DNA from: Malacoraja senta
Taxonomy: Eukaryota
Assembly: GCA_038087875.1 (NCBI GenBank)
Contig: CM075997.1
Span: forward strand, 6,326,001 to 6,390,000
DNA: 64,000 nucleotides
Reading direction: 5' to 3'
A program made the translations under genes and the position numbers. The notes under the pieces are model-generated. The model saw nothing but the letters and a program-made list of their open reading frames with translations. It made no database searches and was not told where the DNA came from. Shown here piece after piece: positions 12,252-21,953 of this stretch (positions are counted from its first letter, which is position 1; each line of letters opens with the position of its first letter).

Positions 12252-13214
12252 TTAGTTTAAAGACCTCTCTACTGCCCTAGTTATATGATTTGCCAGGACC
12301 CCAGTCCCAGCACCGTTCAGGTGAAGTCCGTCCTTACAGAACAGATCCCCCCTGTCCCAGTACTGGTGCCAGTGGCCCAAGAAACCAAACCCATTATTCC
12401 CACACCAGTCTTTTAACCACGCATTCAGCTTTTTAATTTTACGTACTCTCGCCGATTTGGCCCGTGGCTCAGGTAGCAATCCGGAGATCAGTACCCTCGA
12501 GGTTCTGCTTTTTAATTTATTCCCTAACTGCTCAAACTCCTTCAGCAGATCCTCCTTCCTCGTCCTTCCTATGTCATTGGTCCCCACATGGACCACGACC
12601 ACTGGATCCTCCCCCTCCCTCTGCAAATTTCTCTCCAGCATCGCAGAGATATCCTTAACCCTAGCACCGGGTAGGCAACACAGCCTTCGGGACATGTTCT
12701 GCTGGCCACAGAGAACCTTATCTACCCCCCGAATAATACTATCCCCTATCACAACGGCATTTCTTCTAACTCCCCCCTCTTGAATGTCCCCCTGATCCAC
12801 GGTGCTGCAGCCAGGTTGCTCATCCCTCCCACAGCCCCTGTTCCCGTCCTCACATTGAGTAAGAGCCTCGGTCATGCTCGTCAGGAACAAGGGCTGTGGC
12901 TCCTGCCGCATCTCCTCCTGGTTCCCCCTACCTGCCTCGCTTATGGCCACACCTTCCTTTCCTTGCTCACTCACTACTGAATTAGTTAAACTGGTCGGTG
13001 TGACCATCCCCTGGTACAAAACATCCAGGTAATACTCCCCCTCCCTGATGTACCGCAGCGTATGAAGTTGGATCTCCAGCTCCTCAATGCGGAGCTCGAG
13101 TTCCGCTAGCCTCAAACACTTACTGCAGCTGTAGGGATCATCCACACCATCTACATCAATGGTGTCTACAAATTCCCACATCTCACAGTATTGGCACATC
13201 TCCTGGCCGCCCAT
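12252..13214 (-). CDS. CR1 ORF1: zinc finger/leucine zipper plus SGNH esterase
   Basis: CQYC...CSKC followed by the heptad LAELELRIEELEIQLHTL. GDS, PGA, GTND and DGLH blocks of the SGNH hydrolase fold. Confidence 0.93.
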   Translation of the reverse strand: MGGQEMCQYCEMWEFVDTIDVDGVDDPYSCSKCLRLAELELRIEELEIQLHTLRYIREGEYYLDVLYQGMVTPTSLTNSVVSEQGKEGVAISEAGRGNQEEMRQEPQPLFLTSMTEALTQCEDGNRGCGRDEQPGCSTVDQGDIQEGGVRRNAVVIGDSIIRGVDKVLCGQQNMSRRLCCLPGARVKDISAMLERNLQREGEDPVVVVHVGTNDIGRTRKEDLLKEFEQLGNKLKSRTSRVLISGLLPEPRAKSARVRKIKKLNAWLKDWCGNNGFGFLGHWHQYWDRGDLFCKDGLHLNGAGTGVLANHITRAVERSLN

Positions 13215-13527
13215 CTTATATAAGTAAATAACTGGTCCTATTTAAGAATCCCCTACCCGGATTACTATATTAATACACCCCTTATTTATATAATCCTACC
13301 TCCTATTGATACACCCCTTATTTATATAATCCTACCTCCTATAAATGGGAAAGTACTCACCCCAGCCGTAAATTACCTACTGGTTTGGCTGTCTAATAGT
13401 AATCCGTCCGCTCTTCCTGTCTGGTCCACTGCTCCCTTGCAGTGCGTGGCAAACCTCTTTGCCTCTGTTAGCCTCACGAGCCGCGGCTCCGTCCTTCCTC
13501 CCTCGGCGACAGCCCGGGCCGCACTCA

Positions 13528-13561
13528 CCGGAAATGACGCACTCCTCACCGGAAATGACGC
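13528..13561 (-). promoter_or_regulatory. Two tandem ETS/CRE-like motifs at the CR1 5' end (candidate internal promoter)
   Basis: CCGGAAATGACGC at 13528-13540 and 13549-13561. Confidence 0.5.
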
Positions 13562-14880
13562 CTCACCAGCCTCATTCCATTCCTTGTCCGACAGTCATAG
13601 CCACAACTTGACACGCTGTAGAAAGGGTGCAATTTGTTTCCTCATCCCGGTCTTAACTGTTTGGACAGGTTTTCCGTGAAGAGAAGATTCGGCGGCTGGA
13701 CATTGCTGGCCTTACATAAGCCTGCAAATTGGAATCTAAGGCAGGTCTGATGGTGTACTATGTTCATTTTGAAGTGTGCCTTGCACATTCAAGACCAGGC
13801 CAGTAATCTTTAAAATATGTTGGAGTTTCATTTCCTGGGTTTTCATGGCTGAGAAGGCTGAGGCAAGAAGACTACGGTTAAATCAGCTCTGTGTTTGCTT
13901 AATAAGTGATGGCAGGAATGTTGTTGCAGTGTGTTTCTTGCAGGATGTGGGAAGCCAGGGCCTTTGCTGGAGTCTCTGACCACTACACCTCTGGGAACTG
14001 TGTCCAGATGCAGTTGCACAAGGACCGAGTTAGGGAACTGGAGCAGCAGCTGGATGACCCGCGGACCATCTGGGAAAACGAAAGCTTCCTGGGCAGGACT
14101 TACTGTCAGGTCATCACACCGAGAGTACAGGAGTGACGGTTAGAGACAGCAAGGGGATTAAACGAGTACAGGAGACATCAGTGGGTGTACCTCTTGAAAA
14201 CGGGTACACCATCTTGGGAGCAGTCATGGAGATAACACTTCGAGTCTGAGCGGCGGACATGTCTGTGACTTGAATCCTGGCATGGAGGCACAACCAGAGA
14301 GACCGACGTTGGGCAGAGACATAGTGGTGGGCGACTCCATAGTCAGAGGTCTGGACAGGAGATTCTGCGGCAACAGGCGGGATGCAAGGATGGTGTGTTG
14401 CCTCCCTGGTACCAGGGTCCAAAACATCTCAGACCGATTGCAGGACATCCTCAAGAGGGAATGGGAGCAGCCGGAAGTAGTTGTGCATGTAGGCACAAAG
14501 GACATAGATAAGAGGAAGGAGGTTCTGCAACGCGATTATAGAGAATTAGGTAGGAGGCTGAAAAACAGGACCTCCAGGTTAGTTATCTCTGGTTTGCTTC
14601 CAGTACCTTGTGCTAGTGAAGGTAGGAACAGAGAGATAGTGGAGCTGAATATGTGGCTGAGGAGATAGTGCAAGGGACAAGGATTTAGATTCCTGGACCA
14701 TTGGGATCAACAACGTGGAAGCGTATGCACGGAGTTAACGGGAAAGAGAGTGCGGGGAAAGGTCACGGATGTCTCCAGAAATAACAGGACAGAAAGTTTA
14801 AAAAGGGAGAAGAGAGTAAGATCAGGTAAAATCGGGATGATTGTGAGAGGAGGAGCGGTCAACACCGGATTGATGTTATT

Positions 14881-14980
14881 ATGGGCCTTTCCCACTTAGG
14901 CGATTTTTCAGGCAACTTCCGGCGACTGTCAAGTTGCCAGCAGTCGCCTGAAAAAACGGCAACTGGAACAGCGACTGTCA
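14881..14980. mobile_element. Truncated Harbinger-type MITE end
   Basis: GGGCCTTTCCCACTT resembles the TIR at 2673 and 21308; no second TIR was found. Confidence 0.55.
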
Positions 14981-15539
14981 GTATTAGTGGCAATTACTAA
15001 GGAGAAGGTGCGAGGAAAACTAAAAGGTCTGAGGGTGGATAAGTCACCTGGACCGGATGGACTGCACCCCAGGGTTCTGATGGAGGTGCCCTCAGAGATT
15101 GTGGAGGCATTAGTTGTGATATTTCAAGAATCACTGGAGTTAAGAGTGGTTCCTGAAGATTGGAAAATTGCAAATATCACCTCACGGTACAAGAAGCGAG
15201 CCAAGCTATAGGCCAGTTAACTTGACTTCGGTGGTTGGTAAGATTTTAGAGTCAATTATAATTAATGAGGTTACGCAGTACTTCACGATAAAATAGGCCA
15301 AAGTCAGCATGGTTTTGTGAAGGGAAGAATCTTGCCTGACGTATCTGCTGGAGTTCTTTGAGGAAGTTAATAGCAGGACAGACAGAGGCTGTAGAAGTTG
15401 TTTACCTAGATTTCAGAAGGCCTTCGATAAGGTGCCGCATGTCGGGCTGCTAGGGAAGGCGAGAGAGTTGTATTAAAGGGAAGATACTAGCATGGATAGC
15501 GGGTTGGCTGGATGGCAGAAGGCAAAGTGTTGTAATAAT

Positions 15540-16563
15540 AGCAGGTACGCGGATACCGGTGCCGTGCTGCCCTGCAGAAGATGCCCAGCTTCTACCCGAA
15601 CCTGCTGAGAGTCTGGAACTTGGTTGCCGTCGACCAGGGACCCCCTCCGCCGGCGAGGGCGATGGCCTGGTCGTGAGAGCGGAAGGCCCTTGTCCCGCCC
15701 CACTGGGTGTCAGGGAGGCTTGAACGTGTGCAGTACTTGTGGCTCAACAAACCCCCGCTCAGCTGGAAGTAGTCATCGGACCCAGGTGCCGTAATACTTC
15801 TCGGGAGCCGGTCCCACACAACCTGAGCCGCCTTTCCTCGACACGCTTCATCTCCCTCGGACATGCAGGGAAGCGTGTCCTGTGTGGGCTCCTCCTCCAC
15901 ACCCTGCACATCTTCGCCCTGGTCGTGGGCGTCCTCTACGCTGGGATTCTCCCCCTCTACATCGGGGACCTGGGGTGGAAGGTACTGAACCGAGGAATCC
16001 TGTGCAACCTGTTTCTTTCCAGGTTCACAGACTCGCCAGCCGCCTCCCACGTTTGCGGTCTGGACGAGTCTGTGTTCCACGTGCACCATGGAATGTGAGG
16101 TTGCAGCCCCTGTTCCAATACCTAAAGGGGCTGCTCCTTGCCTACTGGCTGCACGTCACACCCACCATCCTCATCTTAGGATACTCTGTGCCTCGGGGAG
16201 AGGGTAGGACTGAAGATGTCCTGGTTGGGTTGCTCCTGGGCCTGGCCAAGCTGGCCATCCTCGAGTCACGGCGTGAGTCGGAAGAGAGCTCTGGCGGAGC
16301 CTGCTACCTGCCCCTTTTCCGGCATTATGTCCGTGCCCAGGTGGTTTTAGAGAGGGACCACGCACTGTCCACGGGCGCCCTGGTGAATTTCTGAGACCGC
16401 TGGGCACCGCGGGGGGTGGAATGCATCCTTGACAAGGATAGGAAAATTAAAATTTAAGAATATTTGGTTTACTTGTACTATGGTGGTGGGTTTTGTTTTG
16501 AATCATTTTGTATTGTACATATTATTATAAATAATTGAATAAATTATCTTTGGTTTCAAAAAA
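15540..16563 (+). mobile_element. Tx1/L1-clade LINE 3' fragment
   Basis: LPLYIGDLGWKVLNRGILCN..CGLDESVFH (zf-RVT/CCHC region) and LLLGLAKLAI..SR. AT-rich 3' UTR with AATAAA and an A tail. Degenerate TSD GTTGYAATAA near 15527 and 16566. Confidence 0.8.
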
Positions 16564-16576
16564 CAGTTGCAATAAA

Positions 16577-17464
16577 GTGACCACCAGGGGGCTCTGCAGG
16601 ATTGGCAGCCCCACTAACAGTCTGTTGTGTTAAAGAAGGAACTGCAGATGCTGGAAAATCGAAGGTACACAAAAATGCTGGAGAAACTCAGCGGGTGCAG
16701 CAGCATCTATGGAGCGAAGGAAATAGGCAACGTTTCGGGCCGAAACCCTTCTTCAGACTAACACTAACCCCACTAACAGTCTGTTTTTTTGTCTTTTTTA
16801 ATTTTTTTGTGTGTTTTAAAAGTTTGTGTAAATGTCACCTGGTTTGTTTTATGTGGGGGTGGGGGTCGGGGAAACATTTTTTCAGTCTCTAACCTTGCAG
16901 GAGATGCGATTGTTTTCCGGGTCGTGTCTGCGGTCGCTCTGCGGCCTAACATCGATGGAGCTGGAGACCTCCTTGACTTTGAGCCCAACTGCAGGGTGTG
17001 AACTTAACATCGGAGCTGATCCCTTGCCTGGGATCGCTCCAACCGCGACCTGCAGACTTTACCATCGAGAGCTCGTAGTCTCGTGAGAGGCCAAGTCGGG
17101 AGCTTCAATGACGCGGAGGTTCGACCAGCCCCGACCCGGGGTCAGATCGCCGGTGTCGGGGAGCTGACATCCCCCCGATGCAAGAGCTGATCGTCCCGAT
17201 GGGGAGGGCCCAAACACCTCCTGCTACAGGAGTCAAGATCGTCATGTCAACCGCGGGAGAGCAAAGAAGTGAAGAGATTGAACTTTTTTTCGCCTTCCAT
17301 CACAGTGAGGAATATGGAGGAGTCACTGTGGTGGATGTTCATGTTAAAATGTGTGTTGTTTGTTCCGTTACTTTTTATTTGTATGACTGACTTGGGAAAT
17401 GAAATTCCTCGTATGTTGCAAAACATACTTGGCTAATAAAGTATTATTGTGATTGTGATTGTGA
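16577..17464 (+). mobile_element. GC-rich non-autonomous retroelement with a conserved hairpin and a Rex1/L2-like tail
   Basis: Interrupts the CR1 RT. Hairpin TCCATCACAGTGA..TCACTGTGGTGGA at 17296-17335. Ends in AATAAAG plus (ATTGTG)n. Confidence 0.7.
16627..16760 (-). mobile_element. ~135-bp Penelope pseudo-LTR-derived unit with intact hammerhead core boxes
   Basis: The reverse complement starts AGTCTGAAGAAGGGTTTCGGCCCGAAACGTT. It is flanked by the 18-bp direct repeat CCCCACTAACAGTCTGTT (16609-16626, 16768-16785). Confidence 0.85.
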
Positions 17465-18069
17465 TGTTTCAGGTTGGCTGCCAGTGACTAGTGGAATTCT
17501 GCAAGGGTCAGTGCTGGGGCTTCTTCTCTTCACATTGTATATTAATGATTTGAATAAGGGGATCGAAGGCTTTGTGGCCAAGTTTGCAGATGATGCTAAG
17601 ATAGGTGGAGGAGCAGGCAGTGTTGAGGAAGCACGTACTCTGTAAAAGGACTTGGACAGGTTAGGAGATTGGGCAGACAAGTGGCAGATGAAATTCAGTA
17701 TAACAAAGTGCGGAGTTATGCATTTTGCTTATAAGAATAAAGGAGTAGATTATTTTGTAAATGGAAAGAGAATCCAGAAATCAGAATTAAAGGGTGCTCT
17801 TTTATAAAAGGAGGTGAAGAGGAACTTCTTTTGTCAGCGGGTAGTTCATCTGTGGAACTCATTGCCACAGAGGGCTGTGGAGGCAAAGTCAGTGGATATT
17901 TTTTTAAAGCAAAGTTAGACAAATTCTTGATTAGAACGGGTGTCAAGGGTTATGGGGAGAAGGCAGGAAAATGGGATTAGGAGGCAGAGATCAGCCGTGA
18001 TTGAATGGTGGAGAAAACTCGATGGGCCGAATAGCCTAATTCTACTCCTATAACTTGTGAACTTGTGAA

Positions 18070-18272
18070 CAATTTACATTTATATCAAGCCAATTAAACT
18101 ACAAACCTGTACGTCTTTGGAGGGTGGGAGGAAACCAAAGATCTCGTAGAAAACCCACGCGGTCATGGGGAGAACGTAAAAACTCCGTCAATACAGCACC
18201 TATAGTCGGGATCAAACCGGGTCTCTAGCGCTGTAAGCACTGTAATGCAGCAATTCTACCACCACGCCACCC
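18070..18272 (-). mobile_element. tRNA-derived V-SINE (HE1-like), 3'-truncated
   Basis: The reverse complement has A-box GGTGGCGTGGTGGTAG, B-box-like GGTTTGATCCC and the V-domain core GTTCTCCCC..GCGTGGGTTTTC..GGTTTCCTCCCAC. Confidence 0.85.
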
Positions 18273-18279
18273 TAACTCC

Positions 18280-19545
18280 CAAGGACATAGGATCTATTCT
18301 ACGTTATATAGAGCAGCAAAAGATGAGATTGCCTTGTTAAAGAACTGCATCTTCTATCACCACAGGCAGGGTCCTGGAAGTCTGGAGAGTAGCCAATGTT
18401 GATTGTTTGTTGAAGAAGGGAAGTTAGAGAGAACCCATGTAATTATAGGCCAGTGAGCCTCATGTCAGTGATAGAGAAGCAATTGGAGAGGAGTCTTCAG
18501 GACAGGATATACTCCCATTTGGAAGATAATGGGTTAATCAGGGACCGTCAGAGTAGCTTTGTACATCGCAGTTGTGTCTTATTAACTATAATTTAGTTTT
18601 TTGAGGAGGTGACGAAGGGGATTGATGAAGGTAGGGCAGTGAATGTTGTGTTTACAGATTTTGGTAGGTCATTTGATTAAACTCCCCCATGTTTTGCTTA
18701 TCCAGAAGATTAAGATGCACAGAATTACTTGGTCATATGCGCTCAGAACTGGCTTACTGATAGAAGACAGAGGATTTTGTTGGAAAGACAATATCCAGAT
18801 TAGATGTGTAGGAAAGAACTGCAGATGCTGGTTTAAATCGAAGGTAGACACAAAACACTGGAGTAACTCAGTGGGGCAGGCAGCATCTCTGGAGAGAAGG
18901 AATGCGTGACGTTTTGGGTCAAGACCCTTCTTCAGACTGGAGGTCTGTAACCAGTGGAGTTCCACAGAGAATGGTGCTGGGACTTCTACTGTATGTGATA
19001 AATATAGATGACTTTGATGTAAACATAAACGGCTTGGTTAATAAGTTTGCGATCAAATGTAAGGGGGAATTGTAAGATTAATGGCATGATTCTCAACGAC
19101 AGAGGAATCTTGGGGTACAAATCCATAAATTCCTGAAAATGGCAACACAAGTAGATACAGTGGTAAAGAAGGCATTATGGCATGCTTGCTTTCATAGGTC
19201 ATGACACTGAGTATAAGAATCAAAAAGTCATATTGCAGTGTTAGAGGACTTTGGTTAGGCTACATTTAGAGTATTGCGTGCAGTTCTGGTCGCCCCATTA
19301 CAAGAAGGATGTGGAACCTTTGGAAAGGATACAAAGGAAGTTTACCAGAGTGATCCCTGGATTAGGGGTATTAGTTACAGGGAGAGGTTGGACAGACAGA
19401 TTGTTTTCTCTGGAATGTAGGAGATTGCAGGGAGACCTGATAGAAGTATAACATAATTAGCATGGACAGGCAGGTTTATCTTGCTATCATGTTTGTCATG
19501 GATGTCGAGGAAAAGGGCATGTTCCTGTGCTGAACTGTTCTATTT
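18280..19545 (+). mobile_element. Decayed CR1 ORF2 (RT to 3' end)
   Basis: NYRPVSL remnant, FFEEVT, and ORF 19251..19451 VRLHLEYCVQFWSPHYKKDV..DLIEV. Confidence 0.85.
18804..18938 (-). mobile_element. Another ~135-bp Penelope-derived hammerhead-like unit, inserted in CR1
   Basis: Reverse complement reads AGTCTGAAGAAGGGTCTTGACCCAAAACGTCAC...CAGCATCTGCAGTTCTTTCCTACACA. Confidence 0.85.
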
Positions 19546-19769
19546 TTTAAGACGGTTGGCCCTGAGTGCAAAGCTCAGAGAAGACTGCCTCATACCACAC
19601 GTGGGGAGTATCTTGGCAAGGGGGTCCAAGGCCACCAGCAGGCCCGGCTCTGCCGCGGAGCGAGGTTGGAGGACCTACCGGTGGGCGCAGACTACCCACC
19701 GCGGATGGAGAACCCACGTGTTTCTATGCTGTATCTTTGAATTTAATTCATTGCCAATTAAGTTGGGAG

Positions 19770-20010
19770 AGAGGAAGACGTATAGTAAAGCATGTATTGA
19801 TGTCAAGGTGAAGCCTATCAAATACCAGCTAGGGCAAAAAGTACTGCTCAGAATTTATCAGCCAGGTATCTTACTAGACCCCAAATATTCTGCACTCCAA
19901 TCTGTAGTCAATAAAGCAAGCCTCCCAGTGTACAAAGTAATGCTTAACTCCAGCAAAGTGGGATGGTATCATTTCAGTCAATTACAATTATTCAGTGAAC
20001 CTGTTCAATG
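19770..20010 (+). pseudogene. LTR-retroelement integrase C-terminal (GPY/F-region) remnant
   Basis: KACIDVKVKPIKYQLGQKVLLRIYQPGILLDPKYSALQSVVNKASLPVYKV...WYHFSQLQ resembles the K.YYD..F..GD.V...L.PKW.GPY.V....VYKV...H..QLK pattern. Confidence 0.6.
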
Positions 20011-20099
20011 GATCCATTGTACTTTATATGTCACATATGTAACTGCACAGTGAAATTATTTTTGCGTATACTACATATCCAGGTGCCTCCATATTTTGG

Positions 20100-20320
20100 C
20101 ACCATTTCCAAAATACAAAGTTGCCAGCGTGAGGCAAATTGCAACTGGAGGAACAGCACCTGATATTCTGCTTGGGTACAACGTGTGAACATTGTATTCT
20201 CCAAGTTGCACACCTTCCCCTCTTTTTGCACCCCCCCCACCCCACCCTCTTCCCTGCGCCCCACCTGGATGTGCACATATTTCTCCCACAATCCTGCCCA
20301 CCATTTCCTCCCCCATTTCA
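20100..20320 (+). mobile_element. Penelope-like element 3' remnant
   Basis: QLEEQHLIFCLGT matches KLEEQHLILHLGS near 2095; it is followed by the same C-rich tract. Confidence 0.7.
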
Positions 20321-20324
20321 ACAT

Positions 20325-21140
20325 TTAGTTAATGCCGCAAGCAGGAATCTTTTTCATACACTTTGCACTGACTTTAAGCTCTCAATTGAGTATCATGAAT
20401 TGCATAAAATAAAATGATGTTCAACAAGTTATTACAAAGTTATTTTCGTTAACAACAAGATACTGGTCTTTGACAACAAATTAGACTGCAGTCAGGGGAA
20501 GACGTTTTGATAAATCTTCCACAAACTTTGCATGGCGTTTTTTCACCATCAAACAAATGTTTGCAATCGATTTAGGAACTAAAATTACATGAAATAAACT
20601 GGTTTGATCAAGTTAGTTCAATGTTCTTTTTAGTGCATGGTAGTCCAATGAAACGCAATTACTTTATGTTGGAAACATCAAACTGGACAGTTTGCAGCAA
20701 GTAGGAATGCTGAAGTTTTACAAAAAACTAAATGGTTCCAGGCGATTCGGAAACAGGAATTACATAAAGTAATAAAGTTATTTCTAGTTAATGGCGGCTG
20801 AATGACACGTCTTATCTGCTTTGGAAAAAATGAAGCTCGGCTGTTGCAGCCGGTAGAATACTCTGTGAAACATCTCGCACTAACTTTTCCTGGCAAGGTT
20901 TTATAAATATATCAATATTTCCCCATCGTTTGAGGAGCATGAATTAAATAAAATGGTTTACAACAAGTTAACTCCGCATTGGAAACAAATGAACTGGTAG
21001 CAAGTAGCATACTTATTGATACATCTTACACTAGCTTTTCGTGTTGAACATTTATAACCAAATAAAAGCTTCCAGTTGATTTAGAAGCACGTATTGCATA
21101 AAATAAACTGGTTTACAAAACGGTTACTGCAGTTATTTTG
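20325..21140. repeat. Highly degenerate AT-rich tandem repeat (about 150-185 bp unit, about 5 units)
   Basis: (CATG)AATTRCATAAAATAAAMTGG-like motif near 20394, 20580, 20755, 20938 and 21088. GCAGCAAGTAG-like motif near 20338, 20695, 20846 and 20999. Confidence 0.7.
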
Positions 21141-21307
21141 AGTGACTGTGAAACCGCAACACTAAAGCAGTTGGAGAAGTGGCAGCGCTTAAAAGTTAAG
21201 CGGTTCTTGTCCTTGACCTGACAGTATAAAAAATGCGGGAGAGTTTAAACTGAGCCGTTGGAGAAGATGAGAGGCACGACCAACTTAAGGTAATAAAGGC
21301 AATTTAA

Positions 21308-21727
21308 AGGGCCTGTCCCACTTTCACCAGTTATTCACAAATTCTCCGGAGTTTTCCCCTTGATTCAAACTCGCAGAATGTTCGTAATGAGTCCGTAGGA
21401 GTTCGTAGATATATCGTAGCGGCCCGTTATGCTAGCCGTAGGTACGCGTGGCATCAGGTAAGTCGGGACGTTTTTTCCAGCCCCGTAAACAATGTCCACA
21501 AGTAAAAAAATGGTTGGAATGAAAGAAATTGCAACTTTTTACTCGTAAGGAGGGCATCGAAATAGTCGTGGGAATTCGTATACGTACTCATAGCAGTTCG
21601 TAGGAGTTTGTGAACATATTCGTGGAAGGTCGTAGGAGTTCGTAGATTACCACGATCTTGATTTTTTTTTAGGTCCTTTAAACTCGGCAGAGGTTTTGAA
21701 TTAAGTCGTGAAAGTGGGACAGGCCCT
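21308..21727. mobile_element. PIF/Harbinger-type MITE (interior different from the 2673 copy)
   Basis: 20-bp TIRs AGGGCCTGTCCCACTTTCAC / GTGAAAGTGGGACAGGCCCT, TAA TSD at 21305-21307 and 21728-21730, internal TCGTAG-like subrepeats. Confidence 0.92.
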
Positions 21728-21859
21728 TAAAGGTGACCATTAGACTGGTTGTAATAACATTGGTAAATTAAGTTGCAAATAAGGAAAAGGCAGAGTCAGC
21801 GGAGCGGCCTATTGGGAGCGTCCGTGTTGGATGAAGTGCCGTGTGGAGGTAAAGTGTAT

Positions 21860-21953
21860 TCAATGCCTTCTATGTTCTGTTGTGCTGAAGCAAAGCAAGA
21901 ATTTCATTGTCCTATGACACATGACAATAAACTCACTTGAATTTGAACTTGAA
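21860..21953 (+). mobile_element. Rex1-type 3' tail insertion
   Basis: TGTTCTGTTGTGCTGAAGCAAAGCAAGAATTTCATTGTCC..AATAAA..(TTGAAY)n is the reverse complement of the UTR at 62148-62235. Confidence 0.75.

Larger units (their letters stand above)
8940..13565 (-). mobile_element. Full-length CR1 LINE with intact ORF1 and ORF2
   Basis: GC-rich 5' UTR, ORF1 of 320 aa, ORF2 of 964 aa, 3' UTR and an (ATTCTATG)n octamer tail at 8940-8961. Confidence 0.97.
5577..13850 (-). mobile_element. DIRS retrotransposon D (decayed, 5' end lost), interrupted by a full-length CR1
   Basis: Right terminal repeat and ICR at 5577-5900. Tyrosine recombinase remnant (FKSHSTRAA..HILAAAGW) at about 6080-6900. Methyltransferase-like LPPFCLI..VVPDWPIQPWFP at 7089-7466. 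RT remnants to 8400. The gag remnant resumes at about 13566. Confidence 0.9.
13850..18070 (+). mobile_element. Decayed, internally deleted CR1 (ORF1 esterase and ORF2 RT pieces) with nested inserts
   Basis: ORFs 13906..14136 (CVSC..C), 14270..14668 (VGDSIVRG..CLPG..HVGT) and 14987..15211 (KSPGPDGLHPRVL). RT resumes at 17465 and ends in (AACTTGTG) repeats. Confidence 0.85.

Noticed and set aside
12252..13214. SGNH esterase as a captured host gene
   Set aside because: It is the normal ORF1 of esterase-type CR1 elements and recurs in decayed copies at 14270 and 22390.
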